Source of the DNA: Lama guanicoe | Taxonomy: Eukaryota | Direction: 5' to 3' | DNA length: 64,000 nucleotides | Assembly (NCBI GenBank): GCA_013239625.1 | Contig: MU053482.1 | Location: 1,029,168-1,093,167 of the forward strand | Shown: one piece after another, positions 47,851-59,860 of the stretch | How positions within the stretch are numbered: the stretch's first letter is position 1 | How the letters are laid out: each line of letters starts with the position of its first letter | Made by a program: the position numbers and the translations under genes | The notes under the pieces: generated by a model | Told to the model about the DNA's origin: nothing | What the model saw: the letters and a program-made list of their open reading frames with translations, nothing else | The model's database searches: none

Positions 47851-50800
47851 GGGCCAGAGATACAGTATGCTACCAAATATGCTCCTCTCTCTATGTCAAT
47901 TGCAGGAAAACACAGTTGATATCATTTACCAATTACTATGCCCTACCAGTCCACGGGCTTCTTAGAATTAAGGCAGGAGAGTGCTCTGTTTACCTGGCTC
48001 AGTACCTTAATAACGGTATGGCCCCGTGGGCCCAAGTTGATGCTCCTTAATCCTTGCAGTTTGCACTGTGAGCCAGTATTTTTCCATGAGCTAAGAGAAC
48101 CTCATGTCTGCTGCAAGAATGAAAAGCAGGAATGACCCTAAAACGTAGCCTCCTGTTGGATGGCACCCATTGGCTTCTGGTCACTAATAGGAATGACTGC
48201 AATGGCTTTAGCCCTAGATAGACATTGCTGTGAACTTAAGGTCATTTGGCAAGTTCAGAAACACCACAGAAGGTGAGAGCCACATCTAGGCCCTTTATGA
48301 CAGATGAGGAAGACCATAGAGGGGCAGTGATTTACCGAAGGTCACAAAATATGAATGGTGGCAAAGCTCGTCCTAGAGCCCTTGGAACATGCCAGGTCTT
48401 TCCTGGGGCCTCCAAGGTGCAGTTGAGCAGGTGGTGCCCTGTGCAACACGGAGGCCGTACACAGAAGCCCTGGCCTTCCTTTCTCCTGGTGAAGTCTTTT
48501 GACCACATGCCCAAGTGACCTGGATTTGGCCTTCGTGTAAGAGAAGTGTTTGTAAGTAGGACTTGGCTCACTTCTGTTTTGTGGGAAGCCTTCTCTGAAC
48601 CCCAGATTGGGTTACTTATCCCTCACTTCAGGCTTTTAGTAGCACTCTGCAAATTGTAAGTAGCATTACTGAAAGGTCAGTGGTTCCTTGAGGGCAAGAT
48701 CTAGTCTTGTTAATTTGGTACGCCTGGTTTGGCCCTTAGCAAATACCAGGTACTCAGTAGGAGCACGTTCTCTTGTACTCAGTAATTCAGCTCAGTGACG
48801 TCATTTGGTGCCTAATGTCTGCTTGTCAGCCCTCTTCATAAAGCTGCAAGAAGCCTCACTGTTTATTAACCACAGTGACCACTTCTTGGCAGTAAGAACA
48901 AGTCTGGATATGGAGTGGCTGAATCCTGAGACACCTCATGAAAAAATACAAACAAAAAAACCCCCCGATAACTTACATTTATTGAGTGCCAATACCTTTC
49001 TGAGTACTCAGTGCAACTCCAAGTGGTTAATAGTAGTATTATCGTGACGTCGCTGTGAGGAAACAGGATACTGAGAGATTTATCATTTGTTGCACAAACT
49101 GATGTTGGGCTGCAGACCTTGACTGTGATTTCTAGAACCTGTGTCCCTAACTACTATGCTGTGGTGCCCACAGTGTAATTAAAGAACGAGGTCTCTGCAA
49201 GGTCACATTTTCCAAACAACTAAAGTTCAATCATTTTAACACCATAGCATCTAGTTTCGGCCTAAAGTCTCTTACATGCTTCTTATCCAAGATAAGGGTC
49301 ACCATTCAGAACCCTCTGGGTTGCTAGGTGTGTTTGGGGCTAAGTTCCCTTCACTAGATAACTCCAGAATTCTGTGAATTTTTTCCATGCAATTTTATTG
49401 TAGTTATTATTACCTTTTAAAATTGCAAAGTAATACATGCTCATTGTATTACATTTTAAAAATACAGAAAATAAAGTATTCAAATGAAAGCGTCATGGTC
49501 ACATGGAAGGGGTTGTTGATGAGGGAATTCTGACATAGCCTGTTCTAGATGGTCCCTAAGGTTTCTTATACAGTGTTTCCACCTTGGTTCAGTTCCCTGA
49601 AACACCTAACATCATCATCAGGGCTGTCTGGTCTTGCCTGTTTCCTCTGTCTAATTACATTACCCCTTTCCCTACAAGGCACCCTGTTCTCCATGGCCTG
49701 ATTGTCTTAACTAAATTTCCCAGTGTTGTCTTTATTAAGCCCCCAAGACACAATTGCTTTAGGATTAGGAAAGTGCCTTGTGTTCTGAACCACTGTATGT
49801 GTATATTAATGTTTACTCAGCCTAGTTTACTCGGTGTTATCTATAGACCATGAGCATCAGATTAATCTGAGATGCTTGTTAAAAATGGAGATTAAGGGAC
49901 TCTCACCGAAGACCTATTAAGTAAGAATGTCTGAGATTGAAGTCAGAAATCAACATTTTTCCCCAACTAAACATGTTTCGGGGTTTTTTTTTTTGTTAGG
50001 AAATTGTCAAACATATTCAAAAGTAGAGAAAAAAATGTAATAAACTCCATGAACTCATTTTTCAGTCTCAACAATTATTAATCCAGGGTCAATCTTGTTT
50101 CATCTAGAATTTGAAGCAAATTCCAGACATCATGTCATTTGAATGTTTCCATACATATCTATACAACATAACCACAGTACAATGATCATATCAAAAAGTA
50201 ATTAACAGTAATCTCTAATATCATTACATTTCTAGTCCAGATTTTCTCTGTCTCCTAAATGTTTCTTAATTGTGTGGTGTTTCAGATGCTGAATCACGTA
50301 ATTGGTGATGTTGCTTTTTTTTCTATGTTAAGTGGGGTATTGGGAACCAGTTCCATAGCCACTTCTGGCAACTTTACAAAACCTCTTACATGCATTTTGG
50401 CTATTTACTTTACCTTACCCCTGACTTCATTTTCATTTTACTTTTATTCTTCTTTGGCCCTGATTTCCTCACAAAGTTTCTCCTTCTGTGCTGTGTATAT
50501 TTTTAAAGCTGCCTGAAATTCTTTTGCAAAAAGGTAAGTCAAATGTTAATGGACGTGGCAGTGAAGATCTTGAGCCACTTGCCTTTCTTCATTTTGCACC
50601 TTTCTTTTAAACTGGTTATTTCATCCCCATTTCTGACCATGAATTTCCTCTCCTTTTTTATGTCCCAGCCACCTCAGTCTCAGTGCTCAGCACCACTCTT
50701 CCAGCTTTGGTTTTTGTTTTTTGTTTTTTGGTTTTTTTTGTTTTTGCTTCCCTCCTCAATTGTGATTCCGAGTTTCCTTTGCCTGCCCTGGAAACATCAT

Positions 50801-51879
50801 GATTCATTCTGAGCATGCGCCCTGTCTCTTCTGTGTCGTCATGGTAAGTTTCCTTTGGCTGTGAGAGGACTAGCCACAGACACCAAATCTTTAGGTTTCA
50901 ACATAATCCCTGTGAAAATTCCAGTCCTCTGGGACAACATGAGGTTGGGAGAGCAGTTGAAAGGAGAGCTCAGGATAGGAAGGCTGGAGTGGGTATCAAA
51001 AATATCTATTTTCCGGTTTTGCCCTGAGCTATATTTGTTTCTGTAAGAAATAGAGATGGGGCAGGACTGACATTCCAAGGACTAGGACAGTGGTTCCCAG
51101 TCTCTGGTGCCTTATTTATCCACGACAAAGTTCTCACAACTCTAAAGCGAATTGACAAAATAAGGAGAGTATAGTGGTTTTATTCATAAAGCTCACTATA
51201 GTATTTTAAAGAAATGGCATTTGTTTCTGGTGCTAAAACATCCTTTCTTGTATGAAATAAGCATGATAGTAAAGCGCTGTATATTTTAAAATCAGTATTA
51301 GCAAAGTAGAAAGTTGATAGCCTGGGCCAGTCTCCTCATATTTTGTTCATGAGTCTTAAAGTCTGAACACAGATGAGTAGACAAGGATGGATGTCTTTTA
51401 TAGGTTTGACTTGGAAGGAAGACCATGCTGGGAAACTGAGATGATCATTATTGTAGTGATTGTCATGGTTTTCATTCCTTCAGTCCTCGCAACCCAAGGA
51501 GCAGGGTTAAGCAAGGACTGTTTTCAGAAATGTTTTGGGATTTCAGAGCCAAGTTCACCTGAATGTGCTAACCCACATATACTTCATATACTACAGCAGC
51601 TTAAAAATGTTTTTCACTTTTTCCTCAGTAATACTTGGTCTTTGTAAAAAGTTATTATAGAAGTGAAAATCCCTTCTAATTTCATCCCAGCAGAAATGGC
51701 TTGCTTTATCTTTACATGGTTTTCAGTGTAAAAATAATTTTAGCATAAAAACATCAATATATATAGTACAGTGTATAAAAATATTGAATCACTGTGCTGT
51801 ATATCTGAAACTAGTGTAAATATTGTAAATCAACTATACTTCAATTTAAAAAACCCATCCATGTATACACATCTATCAA

Positions 51880-54400
51880 CTATAGACAACATCTCTTGTT
51901 CCCTCATGTTGGAAGGCAACCTGTAACCTTTCCTTCAGTTTTTTTCTTCCTACCTCTTAATTTTTGACATCTTTTCTATCAACTTTAAATTGTCAAAGTT
52001 GAAAACATTTCCATTCTATTCAGTAACCAAGCTTATGTCCTCCATGCTTTGTCTATGGCTTGGTTCTAAGAGTTGAGAATCAATAAATGTTGTCTATGTT
52101 ATTATGAACATAAAATTTTTTTTTAGTGCAGAGTCAAGAGGTATATAAGAAAAATAATACTAAGGTTATTTTTTCCTTTTCTTAAAAAAATTGCCTCCTG
52201 GAATGCCTAATTTCTCTCTCTTTGTTTTCTTTAAAATACTCTTTGAAGACAATTAATGATATCATTAAGAAATAGACTCTTTATCTTGTCATTTATATTT
52301 TATCAAATCCTCTTTATCTGAGGAGGACACCTTTCCAGAACCCAGGCTTCTGCTCCAGGCTGGACTGGCTCCCCTCCAGGCCTGCAACTCAGCTCTCTGG
52401 TTGGGGTTTTCTTCCACTGACCTTCTGAGGGGAGTGCAGTCTTTCCTGTGCACTTTGTCTTCTTCTGACCTCATACATTCATCCTCAAGTAACTTCCTTT
52501 GATAGATGCCTGGAAAGTAATCTTTCTGACTTACTGTAAGTCTGAAAATGGCTTTCTGAGCCCTCACACTTCCTTGATAGTGTGTTTGGGTACAGAATTC
52601 TAACTTGATCATAATTTTTCCTCAGAAGTTTGCAAGCATTGTTCCATTATTTAGTGTTTTTTAAATTAAGTCCAATGTCAGTATAGTTCTGATTGCTTTG
52701 TGTTCATATTATGTTTGTCTTTTAAGCTTTTGTGATTTTCTCTGATTTCCATGTTAGGAAACTTCACAATAATGTGCATAAGGTAGAGTTATTTTATTGT
52801 AGGTATTCAGTGGACTCCTAACAATATGTCCTTCAGTTCTAGGGAATCAAAAATTTTTGATGATCCTTACCTTCATTTTCTCTGTCATAACCTTCTGGAA
52901 AACTTAGATAGTAGACCTCCTGAATACATACTCTGTATCTCATAACTTTTGCTTTAATTTCCTGAATCTCTGGTTCATACTCAGGTAGATGTTCCTTTAC
53001 TTTTACCCTCTCTTGAATTTTTTATTCATTTTAGCCATCAGGTTTTTTTTTTTCTTAGAAGATTATCTTCTCCATTCTAGTAGTTTACTCTTGTTGTATG
53101 GAGGGAATACATGAAAATTCCCTTCATAATTTCCAATGTGGAAATTTCCTGTGAATGAAATGTTTTAAAAGTTCCTATTTCCTCCCTGATTTATCTCTGT
53201 TTTCTCTGGGAACATCTTTGTTGTTGTTGTTGCTTCTATAGGTTGCTGTTGCTCTAAGATTTCTGTATATGGCTGGTGATTCTTTGTAGCTTCGTCATAC
53301 TTAAGAATGAGGCAGTAGAAAAGCTGACCACAGGGATGTATCTGTGAGTGACATTCTAACAGCCAAGATTTACTTTAGGGGGATTACGAGAGCTTCCATT
53401 TTTTGCAAGAACATGGAGAATTCTGCTCTTGGGCATTGATTCTCCTACTAGTCGCCTTGGTTTCTCCCTAGACAGTTTGGACAATATTTGGTGAAGATTT
53501 TCAGTCACTGCCCATGTTTTCAGCTCAACATATTAGTCTTAGCTGCCACCATATTGGAAATATCTGACTCCTGAGCCTCTTTTGAGTTTAATGGGCCAGG
53601 TTGCCTGCCCCTCAAGTCTACCCCACTCTGCATTTTTGGGGGGCCTATGGCATCCTCTACCACACCTCCGTTCACATACTGTCTTCCAAGAAAAAAAAAA
53701 TTAAAACCTTTTTGCTGATTATCTAATGCTGTTTTCTTTGTGATTGTGAGTTTATACTTTATATTTGTTTCAGAATATTTATGGGGGGGTCTCAGGAAGG
53801 AGAGGATATATATACATAAATATATATGCATATGCACCATTATGAATCACAGTCTTCCTTAATTATTTTATATACGTATTTGCACCTATATTCCTTACCA
53901 ACATCAAGTTGAAGTATCTGTCATCTCTCCCTGCTAACAATGTAGGACATTTAATTTGGTTTTACTTCCTTCCTCCTTTCATTTCCCATGTTTTGTTGAA
54001 ATTGTTGGAATTTAAGTGTATGTATTTATCATTACTTGCTCTTTTAAGTGTTTTTTTCCTTACAGTTTCGTTAAACTTTATAACCTCAAAACCAGCAATT
54101 ATTCAGATTTAATATACTTTTTCCTGTTTTCTTTGCTTATCACCAGTTCTTGTGATCCATGGGATGTAAGTATATATCTTATCTAGAAAGCCCTTGGATT
54201 CTCTATTCTGACGTAAATTTTTATTTGTTGGTTTGAAGAATTTCCGCAGGTTTATGCAGGAGAGGCTACATGAATGGTGTATTTTCTGAGTCATTGGTGA
54301 CTGAAAATGCTTTTCCTCTCCTCTGATGATAATGTGGCTGGCTGTGGAATTCTCAGCCTACAAGCTCCTCTTAGTCAGATCAGGTGACATCTTTCAGGGG
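51880..54400 (-). mobile_element. Ancient L1/HAL1-like remnants
   Basis: T-rich antisense L1-like text. Minus-strand ORF fragments resemble degenerate ORF1. Similar material at ~39500-40400. Confidence 0.4.
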
Positions 54401-56047
54401 TATCTAATTCTGGTTACTGCCCAGCCATGCTTCTCCTTCTTCACCACTATTTTAAACATCTCACTGAGTAAATGAATTAATTTACCTCTCTCAAGTGTCA
54501 TTTATTCTGATGGTCCAGCTCAGTTAGCTTCTTTCAAGTAGCTGAGTTGGCCCATTGGTCCCATGATTTTGTTGTTGTCGTCATTCGTTTATATGTTCTT
54601 CCTGTCCCTTCACGGTTCAACAGGGCAACTACCGTTCCTCTGTCCATATGCAGTATAGGTGCTGAAGCTTTGTGCTCATTGGGCAATAATATTCGCCATT
54701 CCAGAACAGTCTTCAGGCTTGCAGGGATCCCTTGGAGTCATAGGTATCCAACTGGGGTGTCTGCCAGATCTAAGGGTATCATGGTGTCTTGTCTCGTGTC
54801 TAGGGATGTTGCTGCAGTACATCATGTCCTGTGGCGAGGGCTGGTGGCCAGCAGAAGAGGGTTCTGATGATCAGGCCTGATTGCAGGGCACCCTGGTCTA
54901 TAATCTTCCCTGGAAGGATGGCCTCCATGGCAGCTCTGGGTAGAGTTTCATGCAGTCACCCTCAACCAGCAATACCTCTGGGGATCTGGATCAGAACTGA
55001 GTTACCATTTGCCTCCTTTTCATCCCCAAATCACCACCTGGTGATTCTCTTTGCTCTTGGACAGAAGGACCAGTTTATACTTTCCCTATTCTTCAGAAAA
55101 ATAATCTTTAGAATTATAATCTTTGATGTCACTATTTACTATTTTTAAATTTTATTATAAAATATACCATAATTGCCAAAGAATATATATATTGAATACT
55201 TGTAGTTTAAAGATCAACCATAAAACAAGTGGCCATGTACCTACCACCTAACTTAAGCAATAATTCCTTCTCTTAGTAAAGCTATTTTGTGATTCTAAGT
55301 GAATTCTCCCTCTCCCTTTCCTGAGGCCGTGGTCTGAGGTGGGTGGTATGTATGGACTTCATGATTCTGCCCCAGCTTTCTAGCACTTCTCTCTGGAAAA
55401 GGAGAGGAAAGTTCAAATGGAGTGTCTCGGGGGGCACCCTGAGCTGTCTGCAAACAGAAGTCCTGATGATTATGCTTAGTGGATGGCGTGGCTGTGTGGG
55501 TCACTGTTGGCTTCTCCTGCCAGGTGCTCCCTGGCCTCCTCCTACCGACATGGCGCTTTTGTGTGAAAGAAAAGCCCTCTCTTGCCATTTGCCAGACATT
55601 TTCAGTCGTAACTCTATACACAAACATCTTTTGTGACTATGAGTGTGACCAGCAGCTCCTGGAGTTTACAGGGCACACCCTTGACTCACAGTAAACATAG
55701 GGTGGTAACAGGGCTCTCCGGTGGGCTTCATCAGACATACACTGAATGCCTGCTATGAGCCAGGCACTCTTTTAGATGCTTGGGATTCAATACTGAGCAA
55801 CAGACAAGACCCCTGCTCTCCTGGATCCCCCAGGATGGGACTTGGGAGCAAGGTGTTTTTTGAGTGTGAGAGCTGGGAGTCAGCTAACTAGCTAGAGTCG
55901 TTCTTGAACTGTTTCAGGGCCTTGTGGTTACTGGAAGAAGTGGGCCCAGGGTTTACTTTATTTAGGGTGTTATCTCTACCAAGTAAATCCTGCGGGGCTG
56001 TGTTGTACCAAGCCAGTGAGTTCAGAGTTCAGGTGAGATTCTAAGTG

Positions 56048-56177
56048 CAGGGTGACCATACATCCTGGTTTGCTCTGGACAGTCCTGGGTACAATCTCTC
56101 ACTGATAGGATTATTGATACCCCCTTTTTTCCCTCTTAGAACTGTCCTAGCCTTGGACAATAAATTATATGGTCACA
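56048..56177. mobile_element. MER81/MER94-type hAT-Blackjack element
   Basis: TIR-like ends agggtgaccatacatcctggtttg / aaattatatggtcac. Confidence 0.6.
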
Positions 56178-56690
56178 TGTATTAGTCAACTTTTTGCGAT
56201 GGTAACAAACACCTTCGAAATCTTGGTGGCTTAAATGAAATACTAACTGTTTAGTGTTTTGAGGGTGTGGGGGGCAGGTAATTAGGTTTGTTTGTTTAAT
56301 GTAGGTACTGGAGATCGAACCCAGGACCTCATGCATGCTAAGCACATGCTCTACCACTGAGCTCTACCCACAGCCCCCACCCCAAACTCTTTGGGTTTTG
56401 CTTATGGATCTGTGGATCAGTTATTGCCCTGCCTCAGCCTGTGTGTCAGGTTTAAGTTTGCTTCTCACTCTGGGCTTTGGGCCTGTGCCACAAGTCTTCC
56501 TTTATGGCACCCAGGCTAAAATATCAAGACCTTATTTAAGACCTCTTCTTTTCACAGCAGAAGGTGGGAGCCTAAGAGTCCTGTGGTCCAAGGTGGCATG
56601 GGCCATGTCCACTCATATTTCATTGACCAGAGCAAGTTAGGTGGCCAAGGCCAACATCAGGGGATTGGGATTTAAGCTCCTCCCATAATT
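56178..56690 (-). mobile_element. MLT1-type LTR interrupted by a SINE
   Basis: Starts tgtattagtc...ggtaacaaacacc...tggtggcttaaa. Later cactcatatttcattgaccagagcaagttaggtggccaaggccaacatcagggg. Confidence 0.55.
56258..56380 (-). mobile_element. tRNA-derived SINE (Vic-1-like)
   Basis: Reverse complement of the A/B-box head: gatcgaacccaggacctcatgcatgctaagcacatgctctaccactgagct. Confidence 0.85.
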
Positions 56691-58442
56691 ATCACGTCAC
56701 ACTTCTAAAACATTCTGCCTTCCGATGTACTTCTCCCGCCTTTGTCAGTGGTCTCCCAGTGGTGTCTGTTTCAAAACGGTGCTGAAGTGATTAACAGGAT
56801 ATAGGGAAGGGGTTTTACCTCTGGACTAAAGAGTGTGTAACGGGATTGCACTGTGTTGTGGAGCTTGTTTTGTTTTTAGATTTCATTGGAGGGGGTAGGG
56901 ATTGATGTTTGCCGTGGCAGCCTGATTAACTGGGCTGGGGTCTCCTCCTTCCCTGAGCCCTCAGGAATACTATCTATCATAGAAGTTTTTATCAATAAAT
57001 TTTCCATCCTGCTGTGTGAGCTGTGGTCAAACCATCCATCCTCTCCCTTCTTCGTACTGGGCTCCATGAGGTATGATGTTCTGTGCGCTTTACTCTGCCC
57101 TCGCTGACTCTGCTCCCTATCTGCCATCCCCGCCCTTTTTCACTCTGCACTTGGGATTTTTAATTTTTATTTTTCCCTTAGTGTCCCTTCATTTGCCTAT
57201 GTTAAATGTTCGGCACCAATTGGCTTTTCCTTTCAAACAATTTCAGAAATTCCTCACTGTTACTGGATCACTGATAGATTGATATTACCTGTCCTTGCTT
57301 TCCATAGTTATATAGTTTGCTTCTCCCATTTCAGTGATATTTGAGGAGAGAAATGGGATAAGCCAAGATTTTGAGCTCGTTTACCCATGTTGAAACTGGA
57401 ACCCCCCCCATGATTTCAAACAGAGACATAAATTGTTTTGCCACAAGGGCAAAGATTCGTTGGGAGGCATAGAGGAGATACATTAGATCCATCAGCAGCC
57501 CTGGTAGCTGGCTTTCTGTCCAGAGCAATCTTTTCATGAAAAATTGTTTGATCATTTCATAAGAATGATAAGTACCTTCAGAGTCATGTTGAAAAGCACA
57601 TGGACACTAGGTGGTCAGCTTGACTCAGGAGTAAGTGACTTGCAGGAAGGCTTCATGTGCACACTGAGCAGAGATGAAGGCTGTCTCATGTTGTGGATTG
57701 TTGTCATGCTGCAGATAGTTGAAATTGTGACTGTTAAGTATGATTCCTCATTTTCCCTGTCACTAGAATATGAGTCTGTGAAGGTGTAGAGTGTGTCTAT
57801 CACATTCCCCATTGCATCTCCGAAGCCTGGCACAGCCCCTGGCATGTAATGGGCATTCAGAAAACTTTGGCTGAAGCAATGCAAATATTAATGATGGATA
57901 GTGAAAACAGATCCTGGGAGAGAATCCTTGAGGTTCCTGGGGGTAGTGGAGCCCAGTAAAGCAGGTAGGGGTGTCCTTTAAAGGGAGGAGTTGATAGCAC
58001 CACAGTTGATGCTATCAACTGAGGTTGATGCCTTAGCCCCCCTGGCTCTCCTGTAGGGTGGGGCGGAAGCCTGGAGGGGTTTCGCCATTGTTCTGAGAGT
58101 TAGGAACACAGCCGCTAGACAGTGCACTGCCATGGACCCTCACTGAGGTCGTGGGGCTGTGGTCCATGTAGTAGATGCTATCGTTGCCCCCAGATTCCTT
58201 CTCCCTCACCATTTGAACACGTGCCTGCTGACCTCCAAGGCCAGCCCCTGCATTTATTTGAAATGTGGGAATTTTCTGGCCACAGAAGCTAACTTTGCCA
58301 CGCATGCTGTAGGTTGGAAATGCCCCTGGAGAACTACCCTCAAATCAAGGTGTAGAGTGTGGAGCCTCCCCAGCAGCTTAACCTCTGGTCCCCCACTGTG
58401 GTAACTAACTTGATAAAACCGCCTTTACTGACCTTCCATACT

Positions 58443-58620
58443 CCCCTGGGTCACTTCCCTATTCTCCCTACTCTTCTGTACTCTCCTACCTGGATGACTT
58501 CCCTTCTCCTCTGCCTGGATCACTTCCCTTCTCCCCTACCTGGATCACTTCCCTTCTCCCCTACCTGGATCACATCCCTATTCCCCTACCTGGATCACTT
58601 CCCTACTCCTATACCTGGAT
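58443..58620. repeat. 25-bp minisatellite (ctacctggatcacttcccttctccc), about 6 copies plus a degenerate one
   Basis: tggat recurs at 58491, 58516, 58541, 58566, 58591 and 58616. Confidence 0.9.
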
Positions 58621-59072
58621 TTTAATTTCTCTTATTTTAAAAAGGTGTTACTTAAATAATGTGTTACTTAAATAATTCCCAAATTATATCATACAGCTCT
58701 CTGAGATGACAGGGGAATTTTTAAGGGTAGTTGAAACCGCCCTGCTCCCAGAATGTCATTGATTTATATTGCAGAGGACTAGGGTCTCAGTTGACATGCA
58801 GGGCATTCCTAGTCCCCTAAATACTCCCTGTCTCTTGCTGTTGCAGCCTGTTTATTATTTCTAAACATGCCTGCGTGTTACCTCATCTGCACTTGTGTCT
58901 GAGTCCTCACTGTCCCTGTCACAGAGTCGGGTGACCCAGCAGCATCTCCAGCCTGGCCTTCCACTGTCACTCCTGAGGGACAGACGGATGAGAGATTATT
59001 CTGCCCGCACCGTGCAGTGGGTGGGCACGGGAGGAGCAATCACACTGACCTTTGATCTTTGCTTCTTTGCAG

Positions 59073-59424
59073 ATATCTCAGTGAGCCTGCTGACCCTCGT
59101 GGTCACTGCCTGTGGCCTCGCTCTCTTTGGCGTTTCTCTCTTCGTGTCTTGGAAACTCTGCTGGGTTCCATGGCGAGAACGAGGCCTGTTCTCTGGTAGC
59201 AAAGAAAACAACCAGGAGCCTCTTAACTACACGGACACAGAGACCAATGAGCAGGAGAACAGTGAGGGCTTCCTAGACCCTCCCACTCCTTGTGCAGACG
59301 CCTCCATGAAGATCAGCCACACCTCCCCTGACCTTCCCCTCTCTACCCAGTCTGGGGACCAGGAGAACTGTGCTCATGGCGTCCGCATCCAGCGCCAAGT
59401 CACAGAGCCAACCTCATCGGCTCG
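59073..59424 (+). CDS. SYT9: Synaptotagmin-9 coding exon 2 (352 nt; transmembrane helix and cytoplasmic linker)
   Basis: Acceptor tttgatctttgcttctttgcAG (59072) with a branch-like cactgac upstream. Joining to exon 1 gives G+AT = Asp, then ISVSLLTLVVTACGLALFGVSLFVSWKLCWVPWRERGL...RIQRQVTEPTSSAR. Donor CG|GTCAGT at 59425. Confidence 0.96.
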
Positions 59425-59629
59425 GTCAGTAACGCCCCTTTCCTCTCTAAATACAAGGCAAGCAACGCCCCGTCCCCTTCTCTTGGTGGCAGTGGCAATG
59501 ATCAGCCAAGGAGCCTGTGACCTTGCTCACGTCCATTCAGTATCAGAGACGCAAAATGGAAAATTTGATACTTCCTATACTCCCTTAGGTTCCTGAGTGC
59601 TGCATAGTCTCTGCTTAGTTCATGACAAT

Positions 59630-59860
59630 AATAGTTAACATTGCTAAGACTTACCGTATCAAGTGTTATCTAAGAACTTTATATTTTATTATGGTTCACA
59701 ACTTTGTGTGAGACAGATCCTATTCTCATTTTCATCTTGTAGAAGAAGCAACTTGAGCCAAGGAAATTTAGAAATAAAGTCATATATGGGTAAGCACCCA
59801 GGTCCAGATTTGAGCTCTGGCTCAACCAACACCAGAGCCTGAGTTTTTACTCCCTCTTCT
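59630..59860 (-). mobile_element. MIR SINE (opposite-orientation MIR at ~60060-60260)
   Basis: Antisense MIR core (cctattctcattttcatcttgtagaagaagcaacttgagccaagg). Other MIRs at ~2215-2345, ~22375-22600 and ~25350-25540. Confidence 0.55.

Larger units (their letters stand above)
5012..59072 (+). other. SYT9: SYT9 intron 1 (54,061 nt, GT-AG, phase 1)
   Basis: Bounded by GTGAGT and TTTGCAG, with the reading frame continuous across the junction. Interior is dominated by repeats. Confidence 0.93.

Noticed and set aside
58443..58620. Regularly spaced repeats as a CRISPR-like array
   Set aside because: Head-to-tail units with no unique spacers, in mammalian DNA with no cas genes. This is a minisatellite.
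58895..59596. 233-aa ORF as a stand-alone gene
   Set aside because: It is SYT9 exon 2 plus in-frame intronic flanks. Splice sites delimit 59073-59424.
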